64,000 nucleotides of DNA. Source: Desulfobacterales bacterium (GTDB taxonomy: Bacteria; Desulfobacterota; Desulfobacteria; Desulfobacterales; UBA5852). The notes under the pieces are model-generated. The model was not told where the DNA came from. It saw only the letters and a program-made list of their open reading frames with translations, and did no database searches. Below are positions 1-11,397 of the stretch, piece by piece. The first letter of the stretch is position 1. Every line of letters starts with the position of its first letter. The stretch is taken from contig CAXXVS010000003.1 of NCBI GenBank assembly GCA_963674755.2, positions 128,001 to 192,000 of the forward strand. The letters are read 5' to 3'. The position numbers and the translations under genes are program-made.

Positions 1-70
1 GCCAAAGGTGGCCTTATCCCCATTCGGGAACCCGGTCCACCGGCGGCGGGCCAGGGGCCGAAGGATGCCA
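1..70 (+). repeat. 3' part of a dispersed MITE-like repeat (runs off window start)
   Basis: gccaaaggtg..ttatccccattcgg..gtccaccggcggcgggcc..ggggcc closely matches 57241-57310. Confidence 0.75.
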
Positions 71-102
71 TTTAAGGATGGGCACGGAACAAAGGAGATG
101 GC

Positions 103-1845
103 ATGGACCTCCACGGCGGCGATATCATCGCCCGCTTTCTGGCCGAACGTCAGGTAGCCTGCCTGTTTACCCTGTGCGGGGGGCATATCTCGCCGATCCT
201 GGTGGCCGCCCGGGCAGCCGGTATCCGCATCGTCGATATGCGTCATGAAGTCAATGCAGTCTTTGCCGCCGATGCCACGGCACGCCTTACGGGCCGCCCG
301 GGAGTGGCGGCCGTGACGGCCGGCCCCGGGGTGACCAACACCGTCACCGCGCTCAAGAATGCCGCCCTGGCCCAGTCGCCGGTGGTCCTCATCGGCGGTG
401 CCGCCCCCACCGTCCTCAAAGGGCGCGGCGCCTTGCAGGACATCGACCAGACCAACCTGCTGCGCACGGTGGTCAAACAAACCTTCCGCATCAACCGCAA
501 CTGCGACATTCTGTCGACCTTGGAAACCGCCTTTGCGACGGCCGCCAGCGGCGTCCTGGGCCCCGTGTTTGTGGAATGCCCCATCGATCTGCTCTACCCC
601 GAGGATCTGGTGCGCCAGTGGTATGGGGGGCAAAAGCAGACGGCACCGTCCCGCAGCCTGCGGGAACGCCTGCTGCAGGCCTATCTGAACCGCCATGTGG
701 ACCGCATGTTCGCCTGCAGCTTCGACACCATGGAAAGCGGCCCGTGGTCTCCCCCGGAAGACACGGTGGAGAGCGCCACCGTCTCCCAGGCGGCCCAAAT
801 GTTGCGCCAAAGCCGGCAACCCGTGGCCGTCGTGGGCAGCCAGGCCCTGCTGCAGGCCGACCAGGCCGACGCCCTGGCCAAGGCCCTGGAGCGCATCGGT
901 CTCCCCCTTTACCTCACCGGCATGGCCCGGGGTCTGATGGGGCGCTGTCATCCCCTGGCATTTCGTCACCAGCGCCGCCAGGCCCTCAAGGAGGCGGACA
1001 CCGTTCTCATGGCCGGCATGCCCTGCGACTTTCGCCTGGACTACGGCCGCAGCATCAACCGCCCGGCCACGATCATCGGGATCAATCGCAGCCGCCGGGA
1101 CCTGAAGCTCAACCGCAGCCCCCAGCTGGCCGCCGCCGCGGATCCCGGCCGGTTCCTGCAAGCCCTGGCGGAAAACGGGCCGTTTCCCGCCGAGCAGTGG
1201 GCGCCCTGGCACGAGGCCCTGCGCAAGCGGGAAGACGCCCGCGAGGCCGCCATCCGCTCCCAGGCGGCAACCCCCGTCGATGGCGTCAATCCCTTGCAGT
1301 TTTTGCAAACCCTGGAGGATTTTCTGGACGACCGGGCCCTGCTGGTGGCCGACGGCGGCGATTTCGTGGCCACGGCCGCCTACACCCTGCGCCCGCGGGG
1401 CCCCCTGTCCTGGCTCGATCCGGGCGTCTTCGGCACCCTGGGCGTGGGGGCCGGATTTGCGGCCGGCGCTACATTGTGCCGCCCTGAAGCCGAAGTCTGG
1501 CTGCTGTATGGGGACGGGTCGGCCGGCTACAGTCTGGCTGAATTCGACACCTTCGTGCGCCACCGACTGCCGGTGATCGCCGTGGTGGGCAACGATGCCG
1601 GCTGGTCCCAGATCGCCCGCGACCAGGTGAAGTATCTGCAGGACGACGTGGCCACCGTCCTGGCGCCCACGGCCTATGAACAGGTTGTGGAGGGCTTCGG
1701 CGCCAAGGGTCTCCGGGTGGCCCGGCCGGAAGACATCCTCCCTGCCCTGGAGGAGGCCCGCCGGACCGCGGCCGGCGGCCGACCGGTGCTGATCAACGTC
1801 CTCATCGGCCGCACGGACTTCCGCGAGGGCGCCATCTCCATGTAG
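103..1845 (+). CDS. thiamine pyrophosphate-binding protein, acetolactate synthase-like (ILVBL / 2-hydroxyacyl-CoA lyase type)
   Basis: 580 aa; [13 protein letters not shown] catalytic Glu, TAGPGVTN, ThDP motif GDGS..N(24)ND; AGGAG RBS. Confidence 0.9.
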   Translation: MDLHGGDIIARFLAERQVACLFTLCGGHISPILVAARAAGIRIVDMRHEVNAVFAADATARLTGRPGVAAVTAGPGVTNTVTALKNAALAQSPVVLIGGAAPTVLKGRGALQDIDQTNLLRTVVKQTFRINRNCDILSTLETAFATAASGVLGPVFVECPIDLLYPEDLVRQWYGGQKQTAPSRSLRERLLQAYLNRHVDRMFACSFDTMESGPWSPPEDTVESATVSQAAQMLRQSRQPVAVVGSQALLQADQADALAKALERIGLPLYLTGMARGLMGRCHPLAFRHQRRQALKEADTVLMAGMPCDFRLDYGRSINRPATIIGINRSRRDLKLNRSPQLAAAADPGRFLQALAENGPFPAEQWAPWHEALRKREDAREAAIRSQAATPVDGVNPLQFLQTLEDFLDDRALLVADGGDFVATAAYTLRPRGPLSWLDPGVFGTLGVGAGFAAGATLCRPEAEVWLLYGDGSAGYSLAEFDTFVRHRLPVIAVVGNDAGWSQIARDQVKYLQDDVATVLAPTAYEQVVEGFGAKGLRVARPEDILPALEEARRTAAGGRPVLINVLIGRTDFREGAISM

Positions 1846-1866
1846 CGATCCGATCATTGGATCGGA

Positions 1867-2421
1867 TCATGCGGCATGGGCCGCTGAAAACTCCAGCGCT
1901 TCGAGATAAGCCTTCTCCATGGCCTCCCGCCCGGCTTTCACCCGCGCCCGCAAACCGTCGACCTCAACCAAGCCCCCGGGGATATCCCGTGCGATGGCCC
2001 GATGCAAATCCGGGCAGATGTACCAATCGCAAATCCAGGGGCGTGACGGATGGGGCAGGCGACAGCCGTGTGGCCCTAAATATCGGCAAGACGCGTTAAG
2101 ATCTTCGCGCAGTTGGTGGGGCGGCAGGGGCACCCCGTTCAGATGGAGGAGCAGCAAATCCTTGAAATCCAGCCAGACTTTGGCGTGCTGACAGCAAGGG
2201 GTGGCGCAGACCGCACAAGTGACCGCGGTCACCTCGTCGAAAAGGGCCGCCAGGCACCGACGGTGGTGGGCGATGGCGGCCGCCTGCCGGCGGGCCGGCG
2301 CCAGCCGCGCCCCGTTTGCGGCCAGGCTGTGTGCCAGAGCGTTCTGGGCCTCCGCCCACAGAGCTTCCGTGGCCCAGGGCACCGGCGCTCTGGCGGTGGC
2401 CGGCCCGCTTTCCCCTTTCAT
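1867..2421 (-). CDS. hypothetical Cys-rich protein (YkgJ-like zinc/iron cluster type)
   Basis: CxxCxxxCC, CRYLGPHGCRL, RPWICDWYIC motifs; start re-assigned to MKGESG. Confidence 0.7.
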   Translation of the reverse strand: MKGESGPATARAPVPWATEALWAEAQNALAHSLAANGARLAPARRQAAAIAHHRRCLAALFDEVTAVTCAVCATPCCQHAKVWLDFKDLLLLHLNGVPLPPHQLREDLNASCRYLGPHGCRLPHPSRPWICDWYICPDLHRAIARDIPGGLVEVDGLRARVKAGREAMEKAYLEALEFSAAHAA

Positions 2422-2446
2422 GAAAGCCCCGCCCTTTCCATCGCGC

Positions 2447-3190
2447 TCAAGAGCCGTCCCGCACACGTGAGACCGGCACCGGCTGCACCCAGCGGTTGGT
2501 TTCGCCATCATAAAACCATTTGTCCGGAAATCCCCGCCGTCGGGTGAAAGAAGGGTGCTCGGCCCAGTCCATGAGGGCTTCGTAGGCCTTCTGGAGGCGC
2601 CGGAAAGCGACCGGCGTGCCGCCCCGATCCGGATGGTGGCGCAAGGCCTGCTGCCGGTAGGCTTTTTTGACGATGCGATCCAGCTGGGGGGAGTCCAGGT
2701 CGCCCCGCTTGATTTTCAGCTGGATCAGCAGATGGTCCTTGATGGCCGGGCGGCGTTTTTCCACCGGCATGACCGTGCGGATATCCGCCGCCCCCTGGCG
2801 GGCCGTGCGCAGGAGGTATTGGGAAGCCCGGTATTTCTTGTTGGTGCGCCGCCGTTCGGTCCACCAGTCGTTGCCCAGCATATTGGCCATGCGGCTGAAA
2901 TCATCGGCCGGTGTGACCCCTGGACGACGCGCGTAAAAAAAACTGTAAATTTCCCGGGTGCCGTAGGGCAGGATATCCAGGACAATCACCCGGTCATCGA
3001 AATAAAAGGTGGCGTAGCGGGTCTGGAGCGCCCTGAGCAGGCCCGTGCGCACCTGGAGCTTGTAGCGCAGGCGCTGCCGGCATTCCACCGAACAATACTT
3101 GCGCCGCTGCATGTTCTCCCGCGTGCCGCAGGACAGGCAGGCGTTCCCGTTGGCACGGGGGATCGGTTGTGCATTGGCGGCGGACGTCAA
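2447..3190 (-). CDS. J-domain (DnaJ-like) protein with N-terminal zinc finger
   Basis: CLSC...YCSVECR at N-terminus; KKAYRQQALRHHPDRGG (HPD) and LQKAYE near C-terminus. Confidence 0.85.
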   Translation of the reverse strand: MTSAANAQPIPRANGNACLSCGTRENMQRRKYCSVECRQRLRYKLQVRTGLLRALQTRYATFYFDDRVIVLDILPYGTREIYSFFYARRPGVTPADDFSRMANMLGNDWWTERRRTNKKYRASQYLLRTARQGAADIRTVMPVEKRRPAIKDHLLIQLKIKRGDLDSPQLDRIVKKAYRQQALRHHPDRGGTPVAFRRLQKAYEALMDWAEHPSFTRRRGFPDKWFYDGETNRWVQPVPVSRVRDGS

Positions 3191-3361
3191 TTTCCTGCAA
3201 CCTCACTATTATAACCGGCCCCGGCGCCGGGTCTCCAACACCCGGGGCCAGGCCGGCCGAATGTCCCACCCCGAGGCTTTTTTTTTGCCCGGCGATGGTT
3301 ATCATTGTTCCTGGCTTGACTTCGACCGGTATTCGTTCAGCCGGCTGTCGATAAGCAAGCA

Positions 3362-3460
3362 TCAGGTCGAAAGGCAAGGCGCCGCCCGATGGGATACGCG
3401 CAGAAACCATCAGGGTTGTGAGCATTTTCGCGAGGGCGGGAACGCCGCATTTCGGCCTGA
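3362..3460. repeat. hairpin-type MITE-like repeat (family B)
   Basis: inverted ends tcaggtcgaaa / tttcggcctga; internal caaggcg..cgcgcag..tgagca..aacgccgca shared with 35877-36025 and 16060-16110. Confidence 0.55.
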
Positions 3461-3540
3461 GGCGAAGCTTAGCCCCAGCCTGCCGGTCGATCCCATTGCT
3501 TCCCCCGTTCAAAGACGATCTTAATATGACCTTGTTAAAG

Positions 3541-6500
3541 ATGAATGATCCGGCCATCAAAATCAAGGGGGCCTGCCAGCACAACCTGAAGAATCTGGAC
3601 CTGGAGATCCCCCTGCATCGCTTCACCGTGGTAACGGGCGTCAGTGGCTCCGGCAAGTCCTCCCTGGCCCTGGACACCCTCTACGCCGAGGGCCAGCGCC
3701 GCTATGTGGAAACTTTCTCGCCCTACGCCCGGCAGTTCATGGACCGTATGGACCGCCCGCAGGTGAAGACCATCACGGGCATTCCGCCGGCCATCGCCAT
3801 CGACCGCAAGGATCCCGTGCGCACCTCCCGCTCCACCGTGGGCACCATGACCGAGGTCACGGACTACGTCAAGCTGCTCTTCGCCCGCCTGGGGGTCCTG
3901 CACTGCGCGCAATGCGGGCAGGCGGTCATCCCCGAGACCCCCCAGGTCATCTGGGAGAGCCTCCGGGAACTCCCCCCGGACAGCCGGCTGATCGTGACCT
4001 TTCCCTTCGAGGCCCATCGTTTCGTGGAAACCGACGAGGACCACGGGACGCCGGATGCCAATCGGGTGCGGCAGACCTTGCAGCGCCTGGGCTTCGACCG
4101 TCTTTTCATGGACGGCCGGACCACCGACCTCTCCGCCTGGGACCCCGCCCAGGGCCCCCCCCGTCCGGACGTCATCGTCGACCGGGTGGTGCTGAGCCCC
4201 GAGCGGCGGCAGCGCATCCTGGATTCCCTGGAAATGGCCGCCCGCTTCGGCAACGGCCTTCTGGCCGTGCACACGGATTCCGAGCGCCACGACTTCAGCA
4301 CGGCCCTGCACTGCGCCCGCTGCGACCGGGCCTACGCCCCGCCCCTGCCCAACCTGTTTTCCTTCAACAGCCCCATCGGGGCCTGCGAGACCTGCCGCGG
4401 TTTCGGCCGGGTGATCGACATCGACCTGGACCTCATCATTCCCGACCCCCAGCGCACCCTGGCGGCGGGGGCCATCAAGCCCTGGGGCGGCTTCGACGAG
4501 GGCGGTAACCACCGCATGGAGTTCGACGATCTGATGGACTTCTGCCGCAAAGCGGGCATCCCCACCGACATTCCCTTCCGCCGGCTGAAAAAGGGCCAGC
4601 AACAGGCCATCATCGACGGCCGGGACGGCTACTACGGCATCCGGGGCTTTTTCCAATGGCTGGAAACCAAAACCTACAAGATGCCGGTGCGGGTCTTTCT
4701 CTCCCGCTACCGCAGCTATGACGTCTGTCCGGACTGCCGCGGCACGCGCTTTCAGCCCGCCGCGCTGCTCTACCGGCTGGAGGGACGCGATATCGCGGCG
4801 ATCTACGCCATGAATATCGACGGGGCCGCGGCCTTCTTTGACGCCTTGCAGGCCAAGATCCGCAACGAAGCCGACCAGCTGGTCTGGGACGAGGTCCGCA
4901 ACCGCATCCGCTATCTGCAGGACGTGGGGCTGGGCTATCTCACCCTGGACCGCCAGTCGCGCACCCTGTCCGGGGGCGAAGTCCAGCGGGTGTCCCTGGC
5001 CTCGGCCCTGGGATCCTCCCTGGTCAACACCCTCTATGTGCTCGACGAGCCCAGCATCGGCCTGCACCCCCGGGACAACCACCGCCTGATCGGCATCCTC
5101 AAGGGCCTGCGCCGCCTGGGCAACACCCTGGTGGTGGTGGAGCACGACCCCGACATCATCCGGGCCGGGGACTATATCCTGGACCTGGGTCCCCAGGCCG
5201 GCGAAAAGGGCGGCGAGCTGCAATATTTCGGCCCCACCACCGGCATCAACGGCTGCCTGACCGGCGCCTATCTGCGGGGGGAACGCACGATTCCCATGCC
5301 GGCCGCCCGGCGTCCGCCCGACCCCCACAAGCAGCTCGTCGTCCGGGGAGCGGCCGAGCACAACCTCCAGGGCATCGACGTGACCCTCCCCCTGGGCCTG
5401 CTGGTCTGTCTGACCGGGGTTTCCGGCTCCGGCAAGTCCACCCTGGCCGAAGAGATCCTTTTCCGCGCCCTCAAACGGGAGCTCGGTGATCCCCAGGGCA
5501 AGCCCGGACGGCATACGCGCCTCACGGGGGCCGGGCAGATCGCGGACGTCGTCCTGGTGGACCAGCGCCCCATCGGCCGCACCCCCCGGGCCAACGCCCT
5601 GACCTACACCAAGGCCATGGACCCCATCCGGCGTCTGCTGGCCGACACGGCCGATGCCCGGGAACGGGGCTACGGCCCCGGCTTTTTTTCGTTCAATGTG
5701 GACGGCGGCCGCTGCCCCACCTGCAAGGGCGAGGGGTTTGAAAAAATCGAGATGCAGTTCCTCTCGGACGTCTATGTGGCCTGCCCCCAGTGCAACGGAC
5801 GCCGCTTTACCGACCCGATCCTGGCCGTCCGCTACCGGGACCGCAATGTGGACGACATCCTGCAGATGACGGTGGACCAGGCCCTGGCCTTTTTCGCCGA
5901 CCGCAAGCCCGTCGTCACCGCCCTGGCGCCCCTGGCCGAGGTGGGCCTGGGCTACCTGCGCCTGGGCCAGCCCCTGAACACCCTCTCGGGGGGCGAGGCC
6001 CAGCGCCTCAAACTCTCCCGCTTCCTCACGGCCGATCCCAAGGAAACCGACGCCGGCCGGCTGCTCATTTTCGACGAGCCCACCACCGGCCTGCATTTCG
6101 AGGATATCCGCATCTTGCTGCAGGCCCTCCGGAGCATCGTGGACCGGGGCCACAGCGTGCTCGTGATCGAACACAACCTGGATGTCATCAAAACCGCCGA
6201 CTGGATCATCGATCTCGGACCGGAGGGCGGGGAAAAGGGCGGGCGCGTGGTGGCCGCGGGTACTCCGGAAACCATCGTGCGAACCAAGGCCTCCCATACC
6301 GGCCGCTACCTTGCAGAGGCCTTGTCACGCGCCCCTTCCCTTGATAATCGGCCGGTTTCCCAGGAGGTTCGGGACGCCCGCGCCGTATATGAATCCGGCG
6401 AACCCTCGGACGCCATCCGCATCCGGGGCGCCCGGGAGCACAACCTGCGGAATGTCAACGTGGACATCCCCCACAACGAGCTGGTGGTGCTGACCGGCGT

Positions 6501-8892
6501 CTCCGGCTCCGGCAAGTCCACCCTGGCCTTCGACATCCTGTTCGCCGAGGGCCAGCGCCGCTACCTGGAAAGTCTGGCGCCCTACGTGCGCCAGTACATG
6601 AAAATCCTGGAGCGGCCCGACGTGGACCTGGTCACCGGCCTGGCGCCCACCGTGGCCATCGAACAGCGCGTGAGCCATGCCAGCCGGCGCTCCACTGTGG
6701 CCACCCTGACGGAGATCTACCACTTCCTGCGCCTGATCTTCAGCAAGCTGGGGACACCCCACTGCACCGGCTGCCAGCGGCCCCTGACCGCCCAGTCGCC
6801 CAAGGACATCCTCAACCAGTTGAACACCCGCTATCCCAAGGGCGCCGGCTGGATCCTGGCTCCCAAGATCGCCGGCCGCAAGGGCTTTCACAAGGACGTC
6901 TTCAAGCTGGCGCTCAAGCGGGGCTTCAAGCGCGCCCGGGTGGACGGCAAACTGGTGGATATCGTGCCGGACATGGCCTTGAGCCGCTACCACGAGCACA
7001 CCATCGAGCTGGTGATCGGCAGCCTCGCCGCCAAGGACCGTGAGGGCCTGGTGGCCCGGGCCCTCAAAGAGGGCGACGGCGGCCTGATCGTCCTCAAGGG
7101 CAAACAAGAGGAGATCTTCAGCCGGCACGGGATCTGCCCCACCTGCGGCATCGGGGTGGCCAAGCTCGATCCCCGCCTGTTCTCCTTCAACAGTCCCCAG
7201 GGGGCCTGCCCCCGCTGCCACGGGCTGGGGGTGGAGGGCAGTGAAGACGACGAAAGGCCCGGTCGGATCTGCAGCGCCTGCGACGGCACCCGCCTGCGGC
7301 CGGAGGCCCTGGCCGTGAGATTGCAGAAGCAGTCCATCGGCGACCTGGTGCAGCTGCCGGCCCGGCGCCTGGAAGCCCTGCTGGCCAAATGGCGTTTCCC
7401 GACCCACCAGAGGGCCGTGGCCGACCCGGTCATGCGGGAGATCGCCACCCGCTTGGGCCTGCTCAATCATCTGGGATTGGGCTATTTGTCCCTGGGGCGC
7501 AGCGGCGAGACCCTGTCCGGGGGGGAAGCCCAGCGGGTGCGCCTGGCCGCCCAGCTGGGGTCCAATCTTACGGGCGTCGTCTATGTCCTGGACGAACCCA
7601 CCATCGGGCTGCATCCCAAGGACAACGGTATTCTGGTGAACGCCCTGCGGGAGCTGCGCGACCGGGGCAACACCATCGTGGTGGTGGAGCATGACGAGGA
7701 AACCATCCAGGCGGCCGATACCGTCATCGATTTGGGGCCCGGAGCCGGGGCCCAGGGCGGCCGCATCGTGGCCCAGGGCGGGTTGGAGGCCCTGCGCGCC
7801 ACGCCCGAGTCCGTCACGGGCGCCTTTATCGGCGTGCCCCACGCGGCCTCCGCTTCGCGCCAGCGGCCCTATCGCAAAAATCCCCGCATCAGCGTGACCG
7901 GGGCCGCGGCCAACAATCTCAAACGGATCCGGGCCGATTTCCCTCTGGGGTGCCTGATCGGGGTCACCGGGGTATCCGGCTCCGGCAAGTCGTCCCTCCT
8001 CAAGGAAGTGCTCTATAAAAACCTGGCCAACAAGCTCCACGACCGCGACGACCCGGCCGGGACCTGCCGCGGCATCACCGGCTGGAAGGCCGTGGACCGC
8101 GTCCTGGAGGTGGATCACAGCCCCATCGGCCGCACCCCGCGCTCGGTGCCGGCCTCCTACGTGGGCTTTTTGGCCGACATCCGCCAGCTGTTCGCCCGCA
8201 CGCCCGAGGCCCGCTCCCGGGGATACGCCCCGGGACGCTTTTCCTTCAATTTGACCGGCGGGCGCTGCGAGGCCTGCCAGGGGCAGGGCCATCCCAAGGT
8301 GGCCATGAGTTTCCTGCCCGACGTCTACGTGCCCTGCGAGGTCTGCCGGGGGGCGCGCTTCAACCCCGAGACCCTGGCCGTCACCTACCGGGGCAAATCC
8401 ATCGGCGACGTGCTGGACATGACCTTTGCCGACGCCCTGCAATTCTTCAGCGCGATTCCGTCCATCCGCCTGCCGGTACAGTTCGTCTGCGACATCGGCC
8501 TGGGCTATCTCAAACTGGGCCAGCCCAGCCCTACCCTCTCGGGGGGCGAGGCCCAGCGCATCAAGCTGGCCCGCCAACTGGCCAAACCCGGCCGGGGCAA
8601 GACCTTCTTCATCCTGGACGAACCCACCACGGGCCTGCACCTGGCCGACGTGACCCGCCTGCTGGACGTGCTCCAGACCCTGGTGGACCAGGGCCACACC
8701 GTGGCCGTGATCGAGCACAACCTGGACTTCATCCGGGCCGCGGACTACCTCATCGACCTGGGACCGGACGGCGGCGACCAGGGCGGCCGCATCGTGGCCC
8801 AGGGGTCGCCGGAGGAATGGCTGCGCAAGGGGGTTGAAACGCACACCGCCCGGGCGCTGCGGCAGATGGTGGGGGCCAGGCCGAACGGGTAG
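3541..8892 (+). CDS. uvrA: excinuclease ABC subunit A, double-length (two fused UvrA modules)
   Basis: four GVSGSGKS Walker A motifs, four LSGGE signatures, repeated [16 protein letters not shown] and FSFNSP, zinc fingers; start uncertain (3526 or 3541). Confidence 0.95.
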   Translation: MNDPAIKIKGACQHNLKNLDLEIPLHRFTVVTGVSGSGKSSLALDTLYAEGQRRYVETFSPYARQFMDRMDRPQVKTITGIPPAIAIDRKDPVRTSRSTVGTMTEVTDYVKLLFARLGVLHCAQCGQAVIPETPQVIWESLRELPPDSRLIVTFPFEAHRFVETDEDHGTPDANRVRQTLQRLGFDRLFMDGRTTDLSAWDPAQGPPRPDVIVDRVVLSPERRQRILDSLEMAARFGNGLLAVHTDSERHDFSTALHCARCDRAYAPPLPNLFSFNSPIGACETCRGFGRVIDIDLDLIIPDPQRTLAAGAIKPWGGFDEGGNHRMEFDDLMDFCRKAGIPTDIPFRRLKKGQQQAIIDGRDGYYGIRGFFQWLETKTYKMPVRVFLSRYRSYDVCPDCRGTRFQPAALLYRLEGRDIAAIYAMNIDGAAAFFDALQAKIRNEADQLVWDEVRNRIRYLQDVGLGYLTLDRQSRTLSGGEVQRVSLASALGSSLVNTLYVLDEPSIGLHPRDNHRLIGILKGLRRLGNTLVVVEHDPDIIRAGDYILDLGPQAGEKGGELQYFGPTTGINGCLTGAYLRGERTIPMPAARRPPDPHKQLVVRGAAEHNLQGIDVTLPLGLLVCLTGVSGSGKSTLAEEILFRALKRELGDPQGKPGRHTRLTGAGQIADVVLVDQRPIGRTPRANALTYTKAMDPIRRLLADTADARERGYGPGFFSFNVDGGRCPTCKGEGFEKIEMQFLSDVYVACPQCNGRRFTDPILAVRYRDRNVDDILQMTVDQALAFFADRKPVVTALAPLAEVGLGYLRLGQPLNTLSGGEAQRLKLSRFLTADPKETDAGRLLIFDEPTTGLHFEDIRILLQALRSIVDRGHSVLVIEHNLDVIKTADWIIDLGPEGGEKGGRVVAAGTPETIVRTKASHTGRYLAEALSRAPSLDNRPVSQEVRDARAVYESGEPSDAIRIRGAREHNLRNVNVDIPHNELVVLTGVSGSGKSTLAFDILFAEGQRRYLESLAPYVRQYMKILERPDVDLVTGLAPTVAIEQRVSHASRRSTVATLTEIYHFLRLIFSKLGTPHCTGCQRPLTAQSPKDILNQLNTRYPKGAGWILAPKIAGRKGFHKDVFKLALKRGFKRARVDGKLVDIVPDMALSRYHEHTIELVIGSLAAKDREGLVARALKEGDGGLIVLKGKQEEIFSRHGICPTCGIGVAKLDPRLFSFNSPQGACPRCHGLGVEGSEDDERPGRICSACDGTRLRPEALAVRLQKQSIGDLVQLPARRLEALLAKWRFPTHQRAVADPVMREIATRLGLLNHLGLGYLSLGRSGETLSGGEAQRVRLAAQLGSNLTGVVYVLDEPTIGLHPKDNGILVNALRELRDRGNTIVVVEHDEETIQAADTVIDLGPGAGAQGGRIVAQGGLEALRATPESVTGAFIGVPHAASASRQRPYRKNPRISVTGAAANNLKRIRADFPLGCLIGVTGVSGSGKSSLLKEVLYKNLANKLHDRDDPAGTCRGITGWKAVDRVLEVDHSPIGRTPRSVPASYVGFLADIRQLFARTPEARSRGYAPGRFSFNLTGGRCEACQGQGHPKVAMSFLPDVYVPCEVCRGARFNPETLAVTYRGKSIGDVLDMTFADALQFFSAIPSIRLPVQFVCDIGLGYLKLGQPSPTLSGGEAQRIKLARQLAKPGRGKTFFILDEPTTGLHLADVTRLLDVLQTLVDQGHTVAVIEHNLDFIRAADYLIDLGPDGGDQGGRIVAQGSPEEWLRKGVETHTARALRQMVGARPNG

Positions 8893-9081
8893 CCCTTTTG
8901 GTTTGAAGTAAAATTGATTTTTTCTTCTCTGCGAAGGTGGAGGCCTGTCGATGAGATTTTTTCCGGACAGCCCTTGAAGTCATGAATGCGCGATGACGGG
9001 AGGCTTTTCTGTACGGCTATGCAAATTTTTCAGAGAAGATGAATGCTGGCCGGTGGCTCGGCGTTCGGCAGGAACATGTGG

Positions 9082-9321
9082 TTATCCTTTGGGAAGTGAA
9101 TCCATCGCTTTGTCACTTGCCGTAACAAACGCCCGCACCGAACGGGTGATATCGGCTTCGGTGGTGGCCCAGGAGCAGACGCTGATGCGGATCACCGCGC
9201 TCCCCTGCCAGCTGGCGCCGCCCGCCCAGCACTCCCCCGAGGCCTGGACATTCCGCATGGTCTCAGACGTGATCCCATCGCTCCCGCAGGCGGCCAGCAC
9301 CTGGTTGGACACCACCTCAGT
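9082..9321 (-). pseudogene. C-terminal fragment of a group II PLP-dependent decarboxylase
   Basis: EVVSNQVL..VQASGECWAGGASWQG..IRISVCSWATTEADI matches the family C-terminus; in-frame stop immediately upstream, rest of gene absent. Confidence 0.65.
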
Positions 9322-9431
9322 TTATATTGTGGCAGGAAATGGCCGTGCTTTTGCTAATGCGCGGCGCAATGCCCTGTCGCACGCATAGATTCCTTACGCC
9401 CTAAGCAGATAGCATACCGCCAGAATGAAAC

Positions 9432-9743
9432 TCAGAACGCCTCGGTCCCGGTTCTGATTACCACGCTTTCCCGCAGCGGGGCCACCCGCGCCACGAATTC
9501 CGTCATGTGGGCCGTCGCGGAATGGGTCTCGAGCGCCGCGAGGGAGGCCCATTTCTCGAAGAGGGTCACCCGGTTGGGATCGATGGGCTCCTGGCGATCC
9601 GATCCGCTGTCGATCTCGCGCGTATAGTCGTACATCAGGCACCCGTCCTCGGCCAGGACAAGGGGGCGCACCTTCCGGCACTCCGCCAGAAAGGCCTCCA
9701 TTTTCCCCGGCTTGATCGTCATGCTGACAACGGAATAAATCAT
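9432..9743 (-). CDS. antibiotic biosynthesis monooxygenase (ABM) / putative quinol monooxygenase
   Basis: 103 aa; IKPGK..AEDGCLMY..EKWASLAALETH..HM pattern; RBS present. Confidence 0.88.
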   Translation of the reverse strand: MIYSVVSMTIKPGKMEAFLAECRKVRPLVLAEDGCLMYDYTREIDSGSDRQEPIDPNRVTLFEKWASLAALETHSATAHMTEFVARVAPLRESVVIRTGTEAF

Positions 9744-9801
9744 CTCTGCTCCCTTCGGCCGATGGGCCTATTTCAAGGTGTTGCGATCAAACCGGATGTC
9801 T

Positions 9802-11013
9802 TCATCCCTTGCTCGCTGCAAGGTCTTCGATCGCCTTGCGGGTGACATTGTAACGTCCGATGGACGACCGGCTCAGTCCCACAACCGATCGGGGAAGGAT
9901 CAAGGCCTGCGCCGCGACGACGAGCAGGGGAACGATGCTCGGAAAGTCGCGCGTGACGGGTGTCAGCCCTTCGTGACTGCCGTTGAAAGCCTTCCGGCGC
10001 AGCAGGATCTCGGCCATTTTGAGCAGCACCGCCCGGCGCGTTCCAGCGTAAGCACCGGTCCCGAGAAGGATGGCCAGTGAACCGTGGGTCCGGACGCCGC
10101 ATTTGCCCGGAGGCGCCTCGGGCGGATGCGCGCCCCGGGAGAGGGCCAGTTGCAGGCCCGGCAGGTCGACGCCGCTGGCCGCAGCGTTGGCCGGCTCCAC
10201 CGTGCGGGGGTTGCATTCGATATAAAGCCGCTCGCCGTCCCTGAAGAGGTAGTCGAGGGTGAGGCCCCCGTGCCAGGCGAGATGCCGGCCGATTTTCGCC
10301 ATATCTTCCCGGGCCAGGGGGTGATCGACGCTCATGCGGCCCGCCGCACTCGGTCCGATCCCCACCGCGGTTTGCATGCTGGTATGGCACGCCACCAGGC
10401 GCCCATGATCGAAGAGCGCCTGCACCTGGGCATAGTCGCCCTTTGCGGCGGCCTGCCACATGAGCGGCTGGCCGTCTGAAACCTCAAGGAGCTCCTGGAA
10501 TGCCGCAACGGCGTCACCGTCGCTTTTCACCAGGCGGACACCGGATCCGGCCGTGCTGTAGGGCGTTTTGAGGTAGAAGGGCGGTAGTTTACCGGCCAGT
10601 TGCGCGATGGCGTCCAGGCGGCCCCATTGCGGCTGGGGCAGCCCGATGTCATCGAGCAGCCCGGCAAAGGCGATCTTGCTCTGGACGAGGGCGAAGGCCT
10701 CCGGGGCGGCCATGGCTGTTCCGGCTCCGGACCGCAGCCTCTTGCCAGCCGCGGCGAGCAGCCAGGCCTGTTCGTGGGTGGGCAGGAGGACATCGAACAT
10801 GCCCTTGTCGAGAACATGATTGACCGCCTCGAGATAACCGTCGGGGTCCGCGTTGGCGGGTGGGCAGGGATGAACCTTCCGGGTCCAGCGGCTGAAGCGG
10901 CAAAGGCAGGCGGGACTCGGATCGAGCACCTCGATCCAGTGCCCGGCCGGCCCCAGGACGCTCAGGAATTCCCGCGCCGTAAGACTCGATCCCTCCGTGA
11001 AAAGAACTTTCAT
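9802..11013 (-). CDS. ATP-grasp domain protein
   Basis: DVLLPTHEQ, YLKTPYSTAGSGV, LDYL..YIECNPR; start re-assigned to MKVLFTEG. Confidence 0.8.
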   Translation of the reverse strand: MKVLFTEGSSLTAREFLSVLGPAGHWIEVLDPSPACLCRFSRWTRKVHPCPPANADPDGYLEAVNHVLDKGMFDVLLPTHEQAWLLAAAGKRLRSGAGTAMAAPEAFALVQSKIAFAGLLDDIGLPQPQWGRLDAIAQLAGKLPPFYLKTPYSTAGSGVRLVKSDGDAVAAFQELLEVSDGQPLMWQAAAKGDYAQVQALFDHGRLVACHTSMQTAVGIGPSAAGRMSVDHPLAREDMAKIGRHLAWHGGLTLDYLFRDGERLYIECNPRTVEPANAAASGVDLPGLQLALSRGAHPPEAPPGKCGVRTHGSLAILLGTGAYAGTRRAVLLKMAEILLRRKAFNGSHEGLTPVTRDFPSIVPLLVVAAQALILPRSVVGLSRSSIGRYNVTRKAIEDLAASKG

Positions 11014-11162
11014 GGCCATGCAAACCCGGAACGCCATAACAAGGAGACGACGGCCGCCCCTTGAACCTGCTTCGGCAGCGGCAATAATGCATAGCAAATA
11101 TTATCCTTTTTATCTGCCAAAAATCTAATTTCGTTTTATTTTTGAGCGTTTGCCAAAAACCT

Positions 11163-11192
11163 TTGACAGCCTTGTGTTAATCAGATCATAAT
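11163..11192 (+). promoter_or_regulatory. sigma70-type promoter upstream of adhesin gene
   Basis: TTGACA-18 bp-CATAAT preceded by AT-rich tract. Confidence 0.6.
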
Positions 11193-11397
11193 TTCAAATT
11201 GTTCTGGGCCGTTACCAACCTGCGCTGCGGGAGGGGATACTCCCTTTTCGGCTTGGGGCCGGCCGCCCCAGCCCGAATATTTTGTGAAATGTTCGGGCTG
11301 GGGACAGAGCCGACGCTTCAAAGGGACAACGGCACAGAGTGGAAACCAGAGCGGATGCGGACATGACAACGACGACGGAACGGGAAAGGATGCGGAC

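Noticed and set aside
3535..8844. Long antisense ORFs (920 aa and 839 aa)
   Set aside because: Shadow frames of GC3-rich uvrA with no recognisable motifs
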